From NCBI RefSeq assembly GCF_001194135.2, contig NC_068982.1, positions 146,582,379-146,620,101 on the forward strand: 37,723 nt of DNA, written 5' to 3'. The notes beneath the pieces are model-generated. The model was not told where the DNA came from, made no database searches, and saw only the letters and a list, made by a program, of their open reading frames with translations. A program made the position numbers and the translations under genes. The stretch's first letter is position 1, and each line of letters starts with the position of its first letter. Origin of the DNA: Octopus bimaculoides (taxonomy: Eukaryota). Below, piece after piece: positions 25,340-35,340 of the stretch.

Positions 25340-25810
25340 GCTATTTTTATTGCTTAACTCTAGATCAGTCTTGATTCACAACACCTATGAGCAAAGATAT
25401 TCTAGCAATGAACATCCTATCTTTTTAAAAATGATCTAGGGTTACATTATTCAGTGTGTCCTTTACATTCTAAAGACAAATAGATGCGGATTAAAGAAGT
25501 TTCGGCTGTTATTTTTAGGGCATATAATCAGAGGAGGCATCATTGGTTCCAGTGTACTTAGTCCACCAAGTCAGAGGGAATCAAAATAAAACTTTTAATT
25601 ACTGATATGTAACAGCAAAGCTAAAATTACGGTTTCAACTTCTCAAATTTCACTGCATCGTTTTAAGAAAAATAAGAAAACGTGTATCGTAGACAATAAA
25701 CTCCTTGGATACATAGCATGAATAAAAGATTGGACAATCATGATTTAAATACATTTGAACAAGAGGCTGTTCAGTTAAGATTGTTCTAGAACGTAACAAA
25801 ACATAGACAA
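25340..25810. repeat. Pair of decayed inverted ~170-bp repeats (old MITE or two head-to-head retroposon copies)
   Basis: Reverse complement of 25355-25428 (TAAAAAGATAGGATGTTCATTGCTAGAATATCTTTG...AAGACTGATCTAGA) aligns loosely with 25726-25792 (TAAAAGATTGGACAATCATGATTTAAATACATTTG...AAGATTGTTCTAGA). Confidence 0.45.
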
Positions 25811-26148
25811 CACACTACCTAATTGTCAGATTTGTTCTTAACATATCAAACTGAAGTCAACCGTCAGTGAACATTTCTGTAAATACATAGAAGTAAATAT
25901 GGTCTTTATCTACAGGATCAGAAGTGTGCTTAGGTTATATCAACCTCGGGATAATATTTAATTGAATGTTGTGGAAGAAGAAAGAAACATGAAAAGAAAG
26001 AAGGGATAAAAGGAAATACAAAGTAAAATAAAAAGACAAAAAGAATGTTTTTTATAGTTTGCATTACAAGTGAATAGGTGTAACATAAAAAATATACACA
26101 TGTAAACACATACAGACACATACAGTAATATATGTATACATATACACA

Positions 26149-26188
<40 letters not shown>

Positions 26189-26471
26189 NNNNNNNNNNNN
26201 NNNNNNNNNNNNNNNNNNNNNNNNNNNNNNNNNNNNNNNNNNNNNNNNNNNNNNNNNNNNNNNNNNNNNNNNNNNNNNNNNNNNNNNNNNNNNNNNNNNN
26301 NNNNNNNNNNNNNNNNNNNNNNNNNNNNNNNNNNNNNNNNNNNNNNNNNNNNNNNNNNNNNNNNNNNNNNNNNNNNNNNNNNNNNNNNNNNNNNNNNNNN
26401 NNNNNNNNNNNNNNNNNNNNNNNNNNNNNNNNNNNNNNNNNNNNNNNNNNNNNNNNNNNNNNNNNNNNNNN
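26189..26471. other. Assembly gap (N-run)
   Basis: N-run inside a (TA)n tract. Confidence 1.
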
Positions 26472-27000
26472 TATATATATATATACTTATATATACATAT
26501 GCACACATAAATACATACATACACACACACACACACGAATGCATAGTTTTCAAATTATATGGAAGAAAAAGCTGTTACCATATCTTATATACTTCATTTC
26601 AATTACAAAATTGGTAACAGCATACATCTTCTTTTGTTCAGTACATAATCACAATATTACATTAAAGAATTCGCTTTGAAAAACAAAAAGCCTTGAGGCA
26701 TTTAATTAACGGTAGAATAGCATGCTTTGTTAACGTTATATCGGAAATATGTGTCTATTGAAATTGTATGAGTTCTTAGTTCATGTGTTGAAAATATAGA
26801 AGCGTATTTTCTTTTGTTTGGCTGCTGACCAACAAGAAATATAACGGATTATCAAAATACATTCACAGAAAAGGTATACGTTATATTTTGCATTTTGTTA
26901 CATCATGTGTGTGCATGTGAGAGTGTGAGTGCGTTTATATATATTTATGTGTGTGTGTGTGTATGTATGTATGTATGCATGTATGTATGTATATAATGAC

Positions 27001-27127
27001 AATAATAATAATAATATTTTATAAGCTTAAAGTTTATAAGCGATCACGTGTCTTGACTAAAGAAAATATTTCCGTTAGTCAAGACACTGTGATCGCTAAT
27101 AAGTTTTAAGCTTATAAAGTATTATTG
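27001..27127. repeat. Near-perfect palindrome (fold-back) with microsatellite-extended arms
   Basis: Arms 27018-27060 and 27075-27118 differ by 3 mismatches and 1 indel; centre AAATATTT; (AAT)n on the left and (ATT)n on the right. Confidence 0.95.

Positions 27128-27131
<4 letters not shown>

Positions 27132-27209
<78 letters not shown>
27132..27209. repeat. (TAT)n microsatellite, also the (AAT)n tail of the adjacent minus-strand LINE end
   Basis: Direct read. Confidence 0.95.
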
Positions 27210-27211
<2 letters not shown>

Positions 27212-27337
27212 TTTGCACAGCTTCTAATGCTGGAGATGTACTACGGTGTCAGCTGTTCACTACCAGTGAACTAAGGTAACACCCCCTATTTTTCGAGCAC
27301 CTTCCGGATTATCCGAGCGGTCCAAGCAGTGCAAATG
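27210..27337 (-). mobile_element. Extreme 3' end of an R4/Dong-like non-LTR retrotransposon
   Basis: Minus strand encodes ALLG/TARIIRKVLEK* (1-nt frameshift), the typical C-terminus of this clade, then a short 3' UTR and an (AAT)n tail. Confidence 0.75.
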
Positions 27338-29610
27338 TGGAAATGGAGATTAGAAAATAAAGTGAAGTCTTTAAAATAAGATTCGAGTAGAATACAAGCT
27401 TAGAAACAGTTCAAGTTAGGAAACACAAAATGTAAATCTCCTCTTGAAAATAAATATCTATCCAAGGGAAAGGATTTTTGAATAATCATGCACGAGCCAA
27501 AACATCGTATTATAGCAGTAGCGCGTAAAATTTCCAGATAACTGAAAAGAATAGATAAGTATCAATAGAACAGATTGTATGAGCGACCAGAGATAATTTT
27601 ATTGCCAAATAAATAGATAAGAGGAAACTATTGAAGATAAGAAGTCAAATGCAGAGGAAACTAGGAAGTTTTGGAGTGAGATTTGGGATAAGCCAGTTAG
27701 TCATAATGCAGATGTAACATGGTTAAAGAAAGTAAGGAAAAGTAGCCAGCCAGTGAGACGCAACCAGGTCTAAAACTAACTAATGCCCTCTTGAGTAAAG
27801 TATTCGGAAGAATGTCGAATTGGAAGGCCCTAGGACCAGATTTAGTTCAAGAGTACCGATTAAAGAAATTTAGTAGCTTACATAAGAAACTGAGGTAACA
27901 ACTTCAGGATTGTTTAAATGGAGTAGTTATGCCTTACTGGATTACAGGAAGGAAAAGAGTACATCTTCTGAAAGGCAAAAGCAATGGCAATATAGCTAGC
28001 AATTATAAGCCAATCACTTGCTTACCATTAGTGTGGAAGCTGTTAATAGGAATGATCTCAGAAAATATTTATGAGCATCTTGACAGCCAGACTTTACTGC
28101 CAGAAGAACAGAAGGGTTGCAGGAAGAAGGCTTGAGGAACGCATGAGCTATTATACATTGACAAATCGGTTCTAAAAGAAATGAAATCTAGAAAGAAGAA
28201 TTTAACACAGGAAAGCCTATGACATAATTCCATACTCATGGATAAGTGATTGTTTTAGAATATTAAGTATTGCAGACAACATAAGAGAGTTCATTAGCTA
28301 TAGCTTGAATGAATGGAAAGTAGTTATCTACTCAGATGATATAGCTTTAGAGAAGGTTAATATCAAAAGAAAAATTTTCCAGGAGACATGTTATCCCCTT
28401 CAATATTTATGTTATGCTGAGACGTGCACCTGTTCGGGCAACGTCGAATTGATGGAGGGAGTGAGCTAATGTATGGCAGATACAATTGATCACTGTAAAT
28501 AAATCACGTGCAGGTAAATCCATTAGTTCTCCACCGGGTTAATATTAAGAAAGGCAAGGGCAGGTTATCAGTTTAGATATAGTAAAGGAAAAATTAACTG
28601 TTTGCTCCACATGGATGAACTGAAGCTTTTTAGTAAGAATAACAATGAGGTTCCTTAATACAATCTGTAAGAATCCTTGGCAAAGATATAGGCATGCAAT
28701 TTGGCATAGATAAGTGCACAGTATTAGTCTTAAAAAAGAGACAGGTAGTCAGCAGCAAAGCATTCAATTACCAAATGGCCAGACATTAAATCACTGAAAG
28801 AAGGAGAAAGATTTAAGTATCTAGGAGTATTAAAATCTGACAGGATACTAACTATAGAAATGAAAGCGAAAATTGAGAAATACAACAGAAGGGAGATGAA
28901 GTTAATGAAATCAAAGCTAAATGATCTGAATCAAGTGTGAGTTGTAAATACTTGGGCAATATTGTTATTTAGATATGCAACAGCTTTGGTAGATTGGACA
29001 AAATTTTAAATAACCAATCTAGATAGTACTAGAAAGGAATTCAATATGAATGGAGGACATTTTTCAAGAGCAGGAGTAGCAAGATCATATTTACCTAAAA
29101 CGGCATGTGTAGAAATTTATATCAATAGAAGGCTGTGTGGAGTTAGCTAGAATAGATATACCCCACTCTTATGTAGGAAATAGGTATGAAATCATATTAA
29201 GCGCTACAAGAGTAATAGTAGGAGACAGAAAAACCAGAAAGCCAAATGAAGTTAAAAGCCAGAAAAAGAAGCAGGATTATCTGACTAGAAAAAGAAGGCT
29301 TTGCATGGTAAATTTCCAAAGATAGTTGCAGAAAATAGCAATAGTGAGACATAGTTATGGTTGCAGAAAGGAGGACTAAAAATAGAAATAGAAAGTTTTT
29401 TTAGTAACAGCACAAGATCAAGCATTGGGGACTAATTGGATAAGAAATCAAGATAAAACTGAGTTTTGTACAGCTCCAGTAACTGATATTATCAAAGACA
29501 GCTAGGACATTTAGGGAAGATTTTGGCATCTAAATTTAATTGTAATCCAATATTAAGAATTGTTTTCAACAGTATAATCTGTTGTGCATATATGATATAA
29601 TAATAATAAT
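27337..29610 (+). mobile_element. 5'-truncated, decayed R4/Dong-like (RLE-clade) LINE; RT pseudogene
   Basis: Motifs in order: KWRLENK, NWKALGPDL, NYKPITCLPLVWKLL, PEEQKGCR, LLHMDELKLF (YADD-equivalent), FKYLGV, QDQALGTNW, LSKTAR, then an AAT run. The zinc-knuckle/REL endonuclease block appears deleted near 29460. Confidence 0.88.
28421..28516. repeat. ~95-bp insertion interrupting the LINE RT domain
   Basis: GC-richer block (ACGTGCACCTGTTCGGGCAACGTCG...) separates the degenerate FQGD.LSP region from LILRK..GY.F, which normally follow within a few codons. Confidence 0.55.
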
Positions 29611-29805
29611 CCTTTCTAAGGCCTGAAATTTGAGGAAAGAGGGCTAGTCAACTACATCGATCCCACTGCTCAACCGGTACTTATTTGATCGACCAGAAAA
29701 GATAGAAGGCAAAGTTGACCTGGGCAAGATTTGAAATAAGAACGTAAACAGAGATGAAATATCGATAAATATTTTGTCCGGCGTGCTAACAATTCTGCCA
29801 GATCA
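29611..29805 (-). mobile_element. SINE family B, near full length, tail abutting the LINE's AAT run
   Basis: CCTTTCT..GGCCTGAAATTT..TACATCGATCCC..GTACTTATT..GAAGGCAAAGTTGACC..GTGCTAAC..TTCTGCCAG. Confidence 0.85.
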
Positions 29806-30658
29806 GTTACATAGAAAGAAGTCTCAAAAAATGTTACACATAATGGACTGCTACTTTTGAAGACTGTATTCCAGCATGGCCGCAGATCAGTGACTAAACT
29901 TCATAAAAAATGAGACCTAGATTTTTCTTAAAATACTTGTAATTTCTAAAACCATACTTTTGAACTCATAGTTGTCAGATTACATGGTTATGTGCCTATT
30001 TATTATTGGGCGAGATAGCACAAATACAGAGAATGCGGTTGATTATCAAATCTGTTTGTGAGACTGTGAATACACAAACCTTTACAGAATTCTTTCTAAT
30101 TTATAGTCTTAAGTAATTGCACTAAACGAAATGTTGTCAAAATACAGCAACTTTATAAATTAGATAAACTCGGCATATTCTTTTTGATAAATATTCTGTT
30201 TATATATTAATAAAGAACCATCAGAACTATTATCAAAATGAATGAAAATTATTTAATGCGTAAATACTCACAAGAAACAGCAGTTATCATAAACCAATTT
30301 CGTTTCCACTTTGTATATAGTTAATTATACAATACTTGTTTGTAACATGATGTAGGTTTACGAGAAATGTACCATATGTTCAATTAGTATTCGTATGAAA
30401 TGCGATAGCATCTTTGCTTAAAATGACTGGGGTTATTTTGTTAATTTTTATTGAGAGAGTATATAAGCATTGATTTATTTTGTTATTCTATATACGAGCT
30501 CTTAGGCATATGTCTGGATATATTTGATAATATTATTCTTGGTTCTGACGTTTGCGTAACAAATTTCTCGTCTAACTGCATTGGAATATATAAAAGCAGA
30601 TTGTTGTTCAACTGTTTGAATTATTAATTACCCTACTAAAGTTATCAGAAACTTCACA

Positions 30659-30720
30659 AAGAATTTCTCTGATAGTTACATAGATACTAAGAATTTCTCT
30701 GATAGCTACATAGATACTAA
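30659..30720. repeat. Two-copy 30-bp tandem duplication
   Basis: AAGAATTTCTCTGATAG(T/C)TACATAGATACT twice, 1 mismatch. Confidence 0.95.
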
Positions 30721-31578
30721 TAAATAATTTGATCTTTACTTTTTAAAGTAATTCTTTTTTTTGCTCTTTTTTGTTTTGTTTTTTTGGAGGGTGTTTTTTG
30801 TTTGTTTATAATTTTTCCTAGATTTGATTTCAATATAAATGGATGTCAAAGAATGAAACTATTTCAAATAGTTTATTCTTAACTTATAAAATTTAAATTA
30901 TGCCGGGGAATTGTTTCTTTTTTTTTTTAGTTCAACATCTTAGTTATAGATGCACATAACACAAGAATAATTAAAATATTTCACTTAAATGAAGATGTAT
31001 AGATTTAATATTGGCAAGACATACAAATGATTTTAGAAGAGAATTCCGGCTCTTACAAATGATATCTTATTCCAGCTGATTTATTGAAGCAACTTACTGA
31101 GAACAGTCCTTTAGCATTTAATGATATTCCACGACTAGACAAAAACTGCCATTAATATACTGGGTCGATTTAGCAAGCATTGGCATTGCAAATATTGACC
31201 ATGCAAATCAATCAATATTTCACAGATGCATGCCGTTGGAACATCAGACAAAAGACCTTAGATTATATTTAGTTATGGACATTTACTTTCTGAGCTCACA
31301 TCCAACCAAAATCAACAGTGGCTTTCCTCGTTCCGGAGTCAAAGTTTGAGTTATAAGATCGTATATGAGAAAATCGAAGGCGATGAGGCCGAATTCAAAT
31401 GACCTAAAAATTGGAATAGAGAAAGCTTGAAACATCGAATACTCGTTTATTTACAGATTTAATAGGAGGTTATCTCACAAAAAGACGTCTATGTATTGTC
31501 TGGAGGAATAAATATTTGCGTGCGCGTGTGCTTATGTTTAAATATCTCTGTGACTATATGTATACTTATATATGTATA

Positions 31579-31753
31579 AAGCGGCGAGCTGGCAGAAACG
31601 TTAGCACTACGGGCGAAATGCTTAGTTCAAATTCCGCTGAGGTCGACTTTACCTTTCATCCTTTTGGGGTCGATAAATTAAGTCCCAGTTACGCACTGGG
31701 GTCGATGCAATCGACTTAATCTCTTTCCCCTTGTGGGTAGTAAAGAAATAGTA
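31579..31753 (+). mobile_element. SINE family B (tRNA-like head), internally deleted
   Basis: GCGGCGAGCTGGCAGAAACGTTAGC head, B-box-like GTTCAAATTCC (31625-31635), CTTTCATCCTTTTGGGGTCGATAAA core. Confidence 0.88.
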
Positions 31754-32247
31754 TACTTATATATGTATGCCTATATACATCTTTAAATACTAATTTGCAT
31801 GTCTGCATATTAACCATATTCTTTGTATATGTGGATCGAATTCTATCTTTTATTCATTCTTCTCTCGCCAAATTCTTATATTTCAATTTCCATGCTGACC
31901 CACTTACAAATATCTGTCACCTTTAATTATTTGCCTTTTTACAAATATTATCACTATAAATTATGAAATTTCGGTTTATGTTACTCTTTATTTATCACAT
32001 CAATTGTCAGTTTGAACAGATAACTTTGCCACCTTCAGTAAGTGACCAGGCTTCTTTCATTTTCACTGTATTTATAACATCGGAGATAGGTAAGCTAATT
32101 ACTATTGCTACCTTCATCTATTTATAACTTCAGATAGTTACTCTTATATTCTTTCGTATTTATTTGATTTTCATTTATTTCATTTCTTGGTCAACCTTTT
32201 AAGGACCTTACTTTGAATTGAACACAGTACTATGTTATCAGGGCCAT

Positions 32248-32336
32248 ATTTAGGTGAAAGGCAGCCTAGACTATTTTGTGACACCTGTAATTTAGGTGAA
32301 AGGCAGCCTAGACTATTCGTGTGGCACCTGTAATTT
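32248..32336. repeat. Two-copy ~42-bp tandem duplication
   Basis: ATTTAGGTGAAAGGCAGCCTAGACTATT...CACCTGTA twice. Confidence 0.95.
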
Positions 32337-32811
32337 CCACTTTTATCACTAGAATTAGTCAGAGGACCCTTAGATTTTGAGGCTCTAAACTTCAGCCTTT
32401 CATGCTAATAGTTAAGTGCAGCACTGTGTTAACTAGTATGAAGACCACAATTGCTTCCTTGATTTATTTCTGACTTCAGGTTGTTACTCTGGGCATACTC
32501 TATTTATTCTCTTTCCCGGCACCTATTTAATTATTGGCTCTTTTATCGCAAGGATTCCATTTAATTTTCGTGCATTTCCTATATTTTATATTTTCTCTTT
32601 TGCTTTATAAAATCCACTCCTTTATATCTATATCAACTAACCATCCTTTCAATATAAACAAATATACTTTTCACATCTTTCGTATTTGACAAGAAGACTT
32701 TGCAAAACGTTGAAGTCAAAGACATATTTACTTTTTAATATATATCGTCTCAGTATTTTGTTTTCAGTCACTTCTTCAGTTTTTGTGTCTGATGATTTTA
32801 GTTTTAAATGC

Positions 32812-32920
32812 ACATATATACAACACATACACGCATGCATATATACACGCATACATGCATACATACATACATACATACATACACGCATACATACATACAT
32901 ACATACATGCGTACGTACGT
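32812..32920. repeat. Degenerate (TACA)n microsatellite
   Basis: Direct read. Confidence 0.9.
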
Positions 32921-33123
32921 AATGTATTTACGTATTATGCATGTATATGCAAGGAATCTCAAAAGTTTAAGCACACATTTAATGAAATTACTATAAAGCC
33001 AGCGTTTAGTAAAATACAATTCATTTTCAAAATTTAATAGAATTTACAGACAGAATTTTTGAACAATGACTTGTGTGACGTCTAGTAAATGCATATCAGC
33101 AAGAATTATAATTAAATGTTACA

Positions 33124-33280
33124 AAGCAGCGAGCTGGCAGAGATGTTAACACGCCAGGCGAAATGCTTATAAATCGGTTTTTCGTTCTGAGTTCAAATTC
33201 CATTGTGTACTAGAGTCGATATAATCGACTGGCCTCCTCCACAAGAATTTCGAGCCTTGTGCTTAGAGTAGAAAATATTA
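33124..33280 (+). mobile_element. SINE family B, centrally deleted (cluster copy 1)
   Basis: GCAGCGAGCTGGCAGAG head, GTTCAAATTCC, GTCGATATAATCGACT, CCTTGTGC tail. Confidence 0.85.
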
Positions 33281-33319
33281 ATAAATAATACATATTAGCC
33301 TATAAATTAATATGAAAGA

Positions 33320-33542
33320 TAGTATTTTTCTTCCTAACGTACGACGCCTGGGATTTGGGGAATAGGGAACTAAGCGATTACGTTATACCTAGTGCTTGAT
33401 TGGCGTCTATTTTATCGACGCCTAAAAGCATGATCGGCGAAATCGACCTCGGTGGAATTTGAACTCAGAATGTAAAAGTCGGAAGAAATTCTACTAAGCA
33501 TTTCATCCGGCATGCTAACGATTCTTCCAGCTCACTGCCTTA
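33320..33542 (-). mobile_element. SINE family B, full length (cluster copy 2)
   Basis: GAAATCGACCTCGGTGGAATTTGAACTCAGAA...GCTAACGATTCTTCCAGCTCACTGCCTTA. Confidence 0.88.
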
Positions 33543-33550
33543 ATGTATGT

Positions 33551-33762
33551 TAATATTGGTTTTAAATTTTGGAACAAGGCCAGAAATTTCGGGGATGGAG
33601 GTAAATCGATTACGTCGACCCAAGTACTCAATTGATACTCATTTTATGACGCCTAAAGGAAGAAAGGTGAAGTAGACCCTCGCGAAATTTGAACTCAGAA
33701 CGTAAAGCTGGACTAAACGCTGCTAAGCATTTCGTCGGCATGCGAACAACTCTGTCAGCGCG
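33551..33762 (-). mobile_element. SINE family B, full length (cluster copy 3)
   Basis: Starts AATATTGGTTTTAAATTTTGG (tail) and includes ATTTGAACTCAGAACGTAAAG. Confidence 0.88.
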
Positions 33763-33784
33763 TTAATATTAAAAAATATTACTT

Positions 33785-33951
33785 GAGGCTGGTAGAACAG
33801 TTAGTACGCTGGGCTAAATGCTTAGCGGCATTTCACTCGTCTTAACGATCTGATGTCGGTGGTCGATAAAAATAAATGTCAATTGAATACTAAGGTCGAT
33901 GTAACCGACTTGTCCCCATCCCTGAAATTGCTGGCCTAGTGCCAAACCAAT
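33785..33951 (+). mobile_element. SINE family B, centrally deleted (cluster copy 4)
   Basis: GCTGGTAGAAC..TTAG head, AAATGCTTAGCGGCATTTC, GGTCGATGTAACCGACT, GAAATTGCTGGCC..GTGCC..AAACCAAT tail. Confidence 0.85.
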
Positions 33952-34063
33952 ATTGGTTTCAAATTTTAGCACAGCAGTTTAGGGGAGGGGTAAGTCGATT
34001 ACATTGACTTCGTTGCTCAGCTGATACTTATTGTATCGCCCCCAAAGGATGAAAGGCAAGATC
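33952..34063 (-). mobile_element. SINE family B, 3' half (cluster copy 5)
   Basis: Reverse complement reads CTTGCCTTTCATCCTTTGGGGGCGATACAATAAGTA...AATCGACTTACCCC...AATTTGAAACCAAT. Confidence 0.85.
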
Positions 34064-34123
34064 AATGTAACCGACTTGCCTACTCACCTAAAATTTCTTG
34101 TGCCTATATTAGAAAGGAATATT
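34064..34123 (+). mobile_element. SINE family B, tail fragment (cluster copy 6)
   Basis: AATGTAACCGACTT...AAAATTTC.TTGTGCCTATATTAGAAAGGAATATT. Confidence 0.75.
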
Positions 34124-34129
34124 AAAAGA

Positions 34130-35340
34130 TGAATGAACAAAACCTATTGGTACTGTCAATTTCTATGACACCGCATCTTGTAATATCTCGCAACTGGTTG
34201 GATTGGAAAACTTTCATTAAATTTTGTAAACTTTGCATAATATAGTATCAATTATACAATGCCATTCTATGAAAACCAGTCGTAACAACCATTCTTTTTA
34301 TTTATTTATTTATTTATGCGCCCTTTTCAAGAAAGGCTCATGGGCCCGGTTTCCCGGTTTCTATGGCGTATGTGTTCCCACCAGCTGGACGGGACGCCAG
34401 TCCATCGCAGCGTTACTCAAGAAACAGTGAGAGAAGGTTGGGGAGAAAGAATACAACAGGGGTCATCATCACCCCCTGCCGGAGCCTCATGGAGCTTTAG
34501 GTGCTTTCGCTCAATAAACACACACAACACCCGGTCTGGGAATCGAAACCGCGAGTCCTCTGCCCTAAACACTGGGCCATTGCGCCTCCACAACAACCAT
34601 TCTAAAACTTTATTATTCAACTCAGATTGCCATTAAACTACTTCTTTTACTTATTTTCAATTTGGTAAGCGAACTCTGCGGGAACTCTATTCAGATGTAT
34701 TTTATTCTTCCTTTCTGCTTTGATCCTACACCGAAAATTAAAAACACTGTTGGGTCATTCTCCACCGATATCTTGTATAGCGTAATTCAGATATCTTTCT
34801 ACACCTTTGTTGATCCGCACCTGAACATCAGAACAATCTTTTCCATTTCCATAGCACGAGGTTATACACTTTAGAAGCTTCCTCAGTATTTTCTTGAGAA
34901 GCTATTCTCTGTTGGCAAAGGAAATGCTCACAATAAGTTTTATTATACAGTAAAAATTGCATATACTTTCTTGCACTTTCATCCAAGTATTTTGTAACAT
35001 TATTTACTACTTTCAAAGTTCAGCATTCCAGTTCATTAACAGCAGGGTGACATTCATAGATTTGGTGTTTCTGACAAGCTTTATCCCATTTACAAACTCC
35101 CTCTGTTAAAAACGCATTTTTTCTCCAAACACGCTGGTGTTTTGAGTTTTCATCATACTTTGCACAGAAAACTATGCTATGCACGAAAGTTTGATCATAA
35201 GAAATGAAATCAAAATCACTAAACTAATTTTTTTGAAAATACCATTTCTAACTGCCAAATAGTTGGGTAAATTATAACTTATCGGTTGATTTATTGTACG
35301 TAGCAGGTTTTGAAGCAGTTCCTTTGGCTAGTTGTACTGA
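34130..35340 (-). mobile_element. Decayed hAT-type (ZMYM1/Tip100-like) transposase remnant, interrupted by a SINE
   Basis: Minus-strand frame reads QLFGS*KWYFQKN*FSDFDFISYD...VFC, then NAFLTEGVCKWDKACQKH..ECH (35040-35118), resembling the TTF-type zinc finger of hAT transposases. RYLNYAIQ follows (cf. KYxSxxIQNE), with a weaker continuation across the SINE insertion. No TIRs found. Confidence 0.6.
34296..34591 (-). mobile_element. SINE family D, apparently young copy with a 12-bp TSD
   Basis: TSD AACAACCATTCT at 34284-34295 and 34592-34603. Minus-strand tRNA-like head GTGGAGGCGCAATGGCCCAGTG...GGTTTCGATTCCC and a (TAAA)n tail. Confidence 0.92.

Noticed and set aside
1311-26471. Hidden content in the four N-gaps
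   Set aside because: Each abuts a dinucleotide run, typical of short-read assembly breaks; nothing can be inferred.
30659-32336. CRISPR-like array from short direct repeats
   Set aside because: Only two adjacent units each, no unique spacers, eukaryotic context.
32398-32446. ~46-nt imperfect hairpin as a pre-miRNA
   Set aside because: Too short and bulged, with no extended lower stem.
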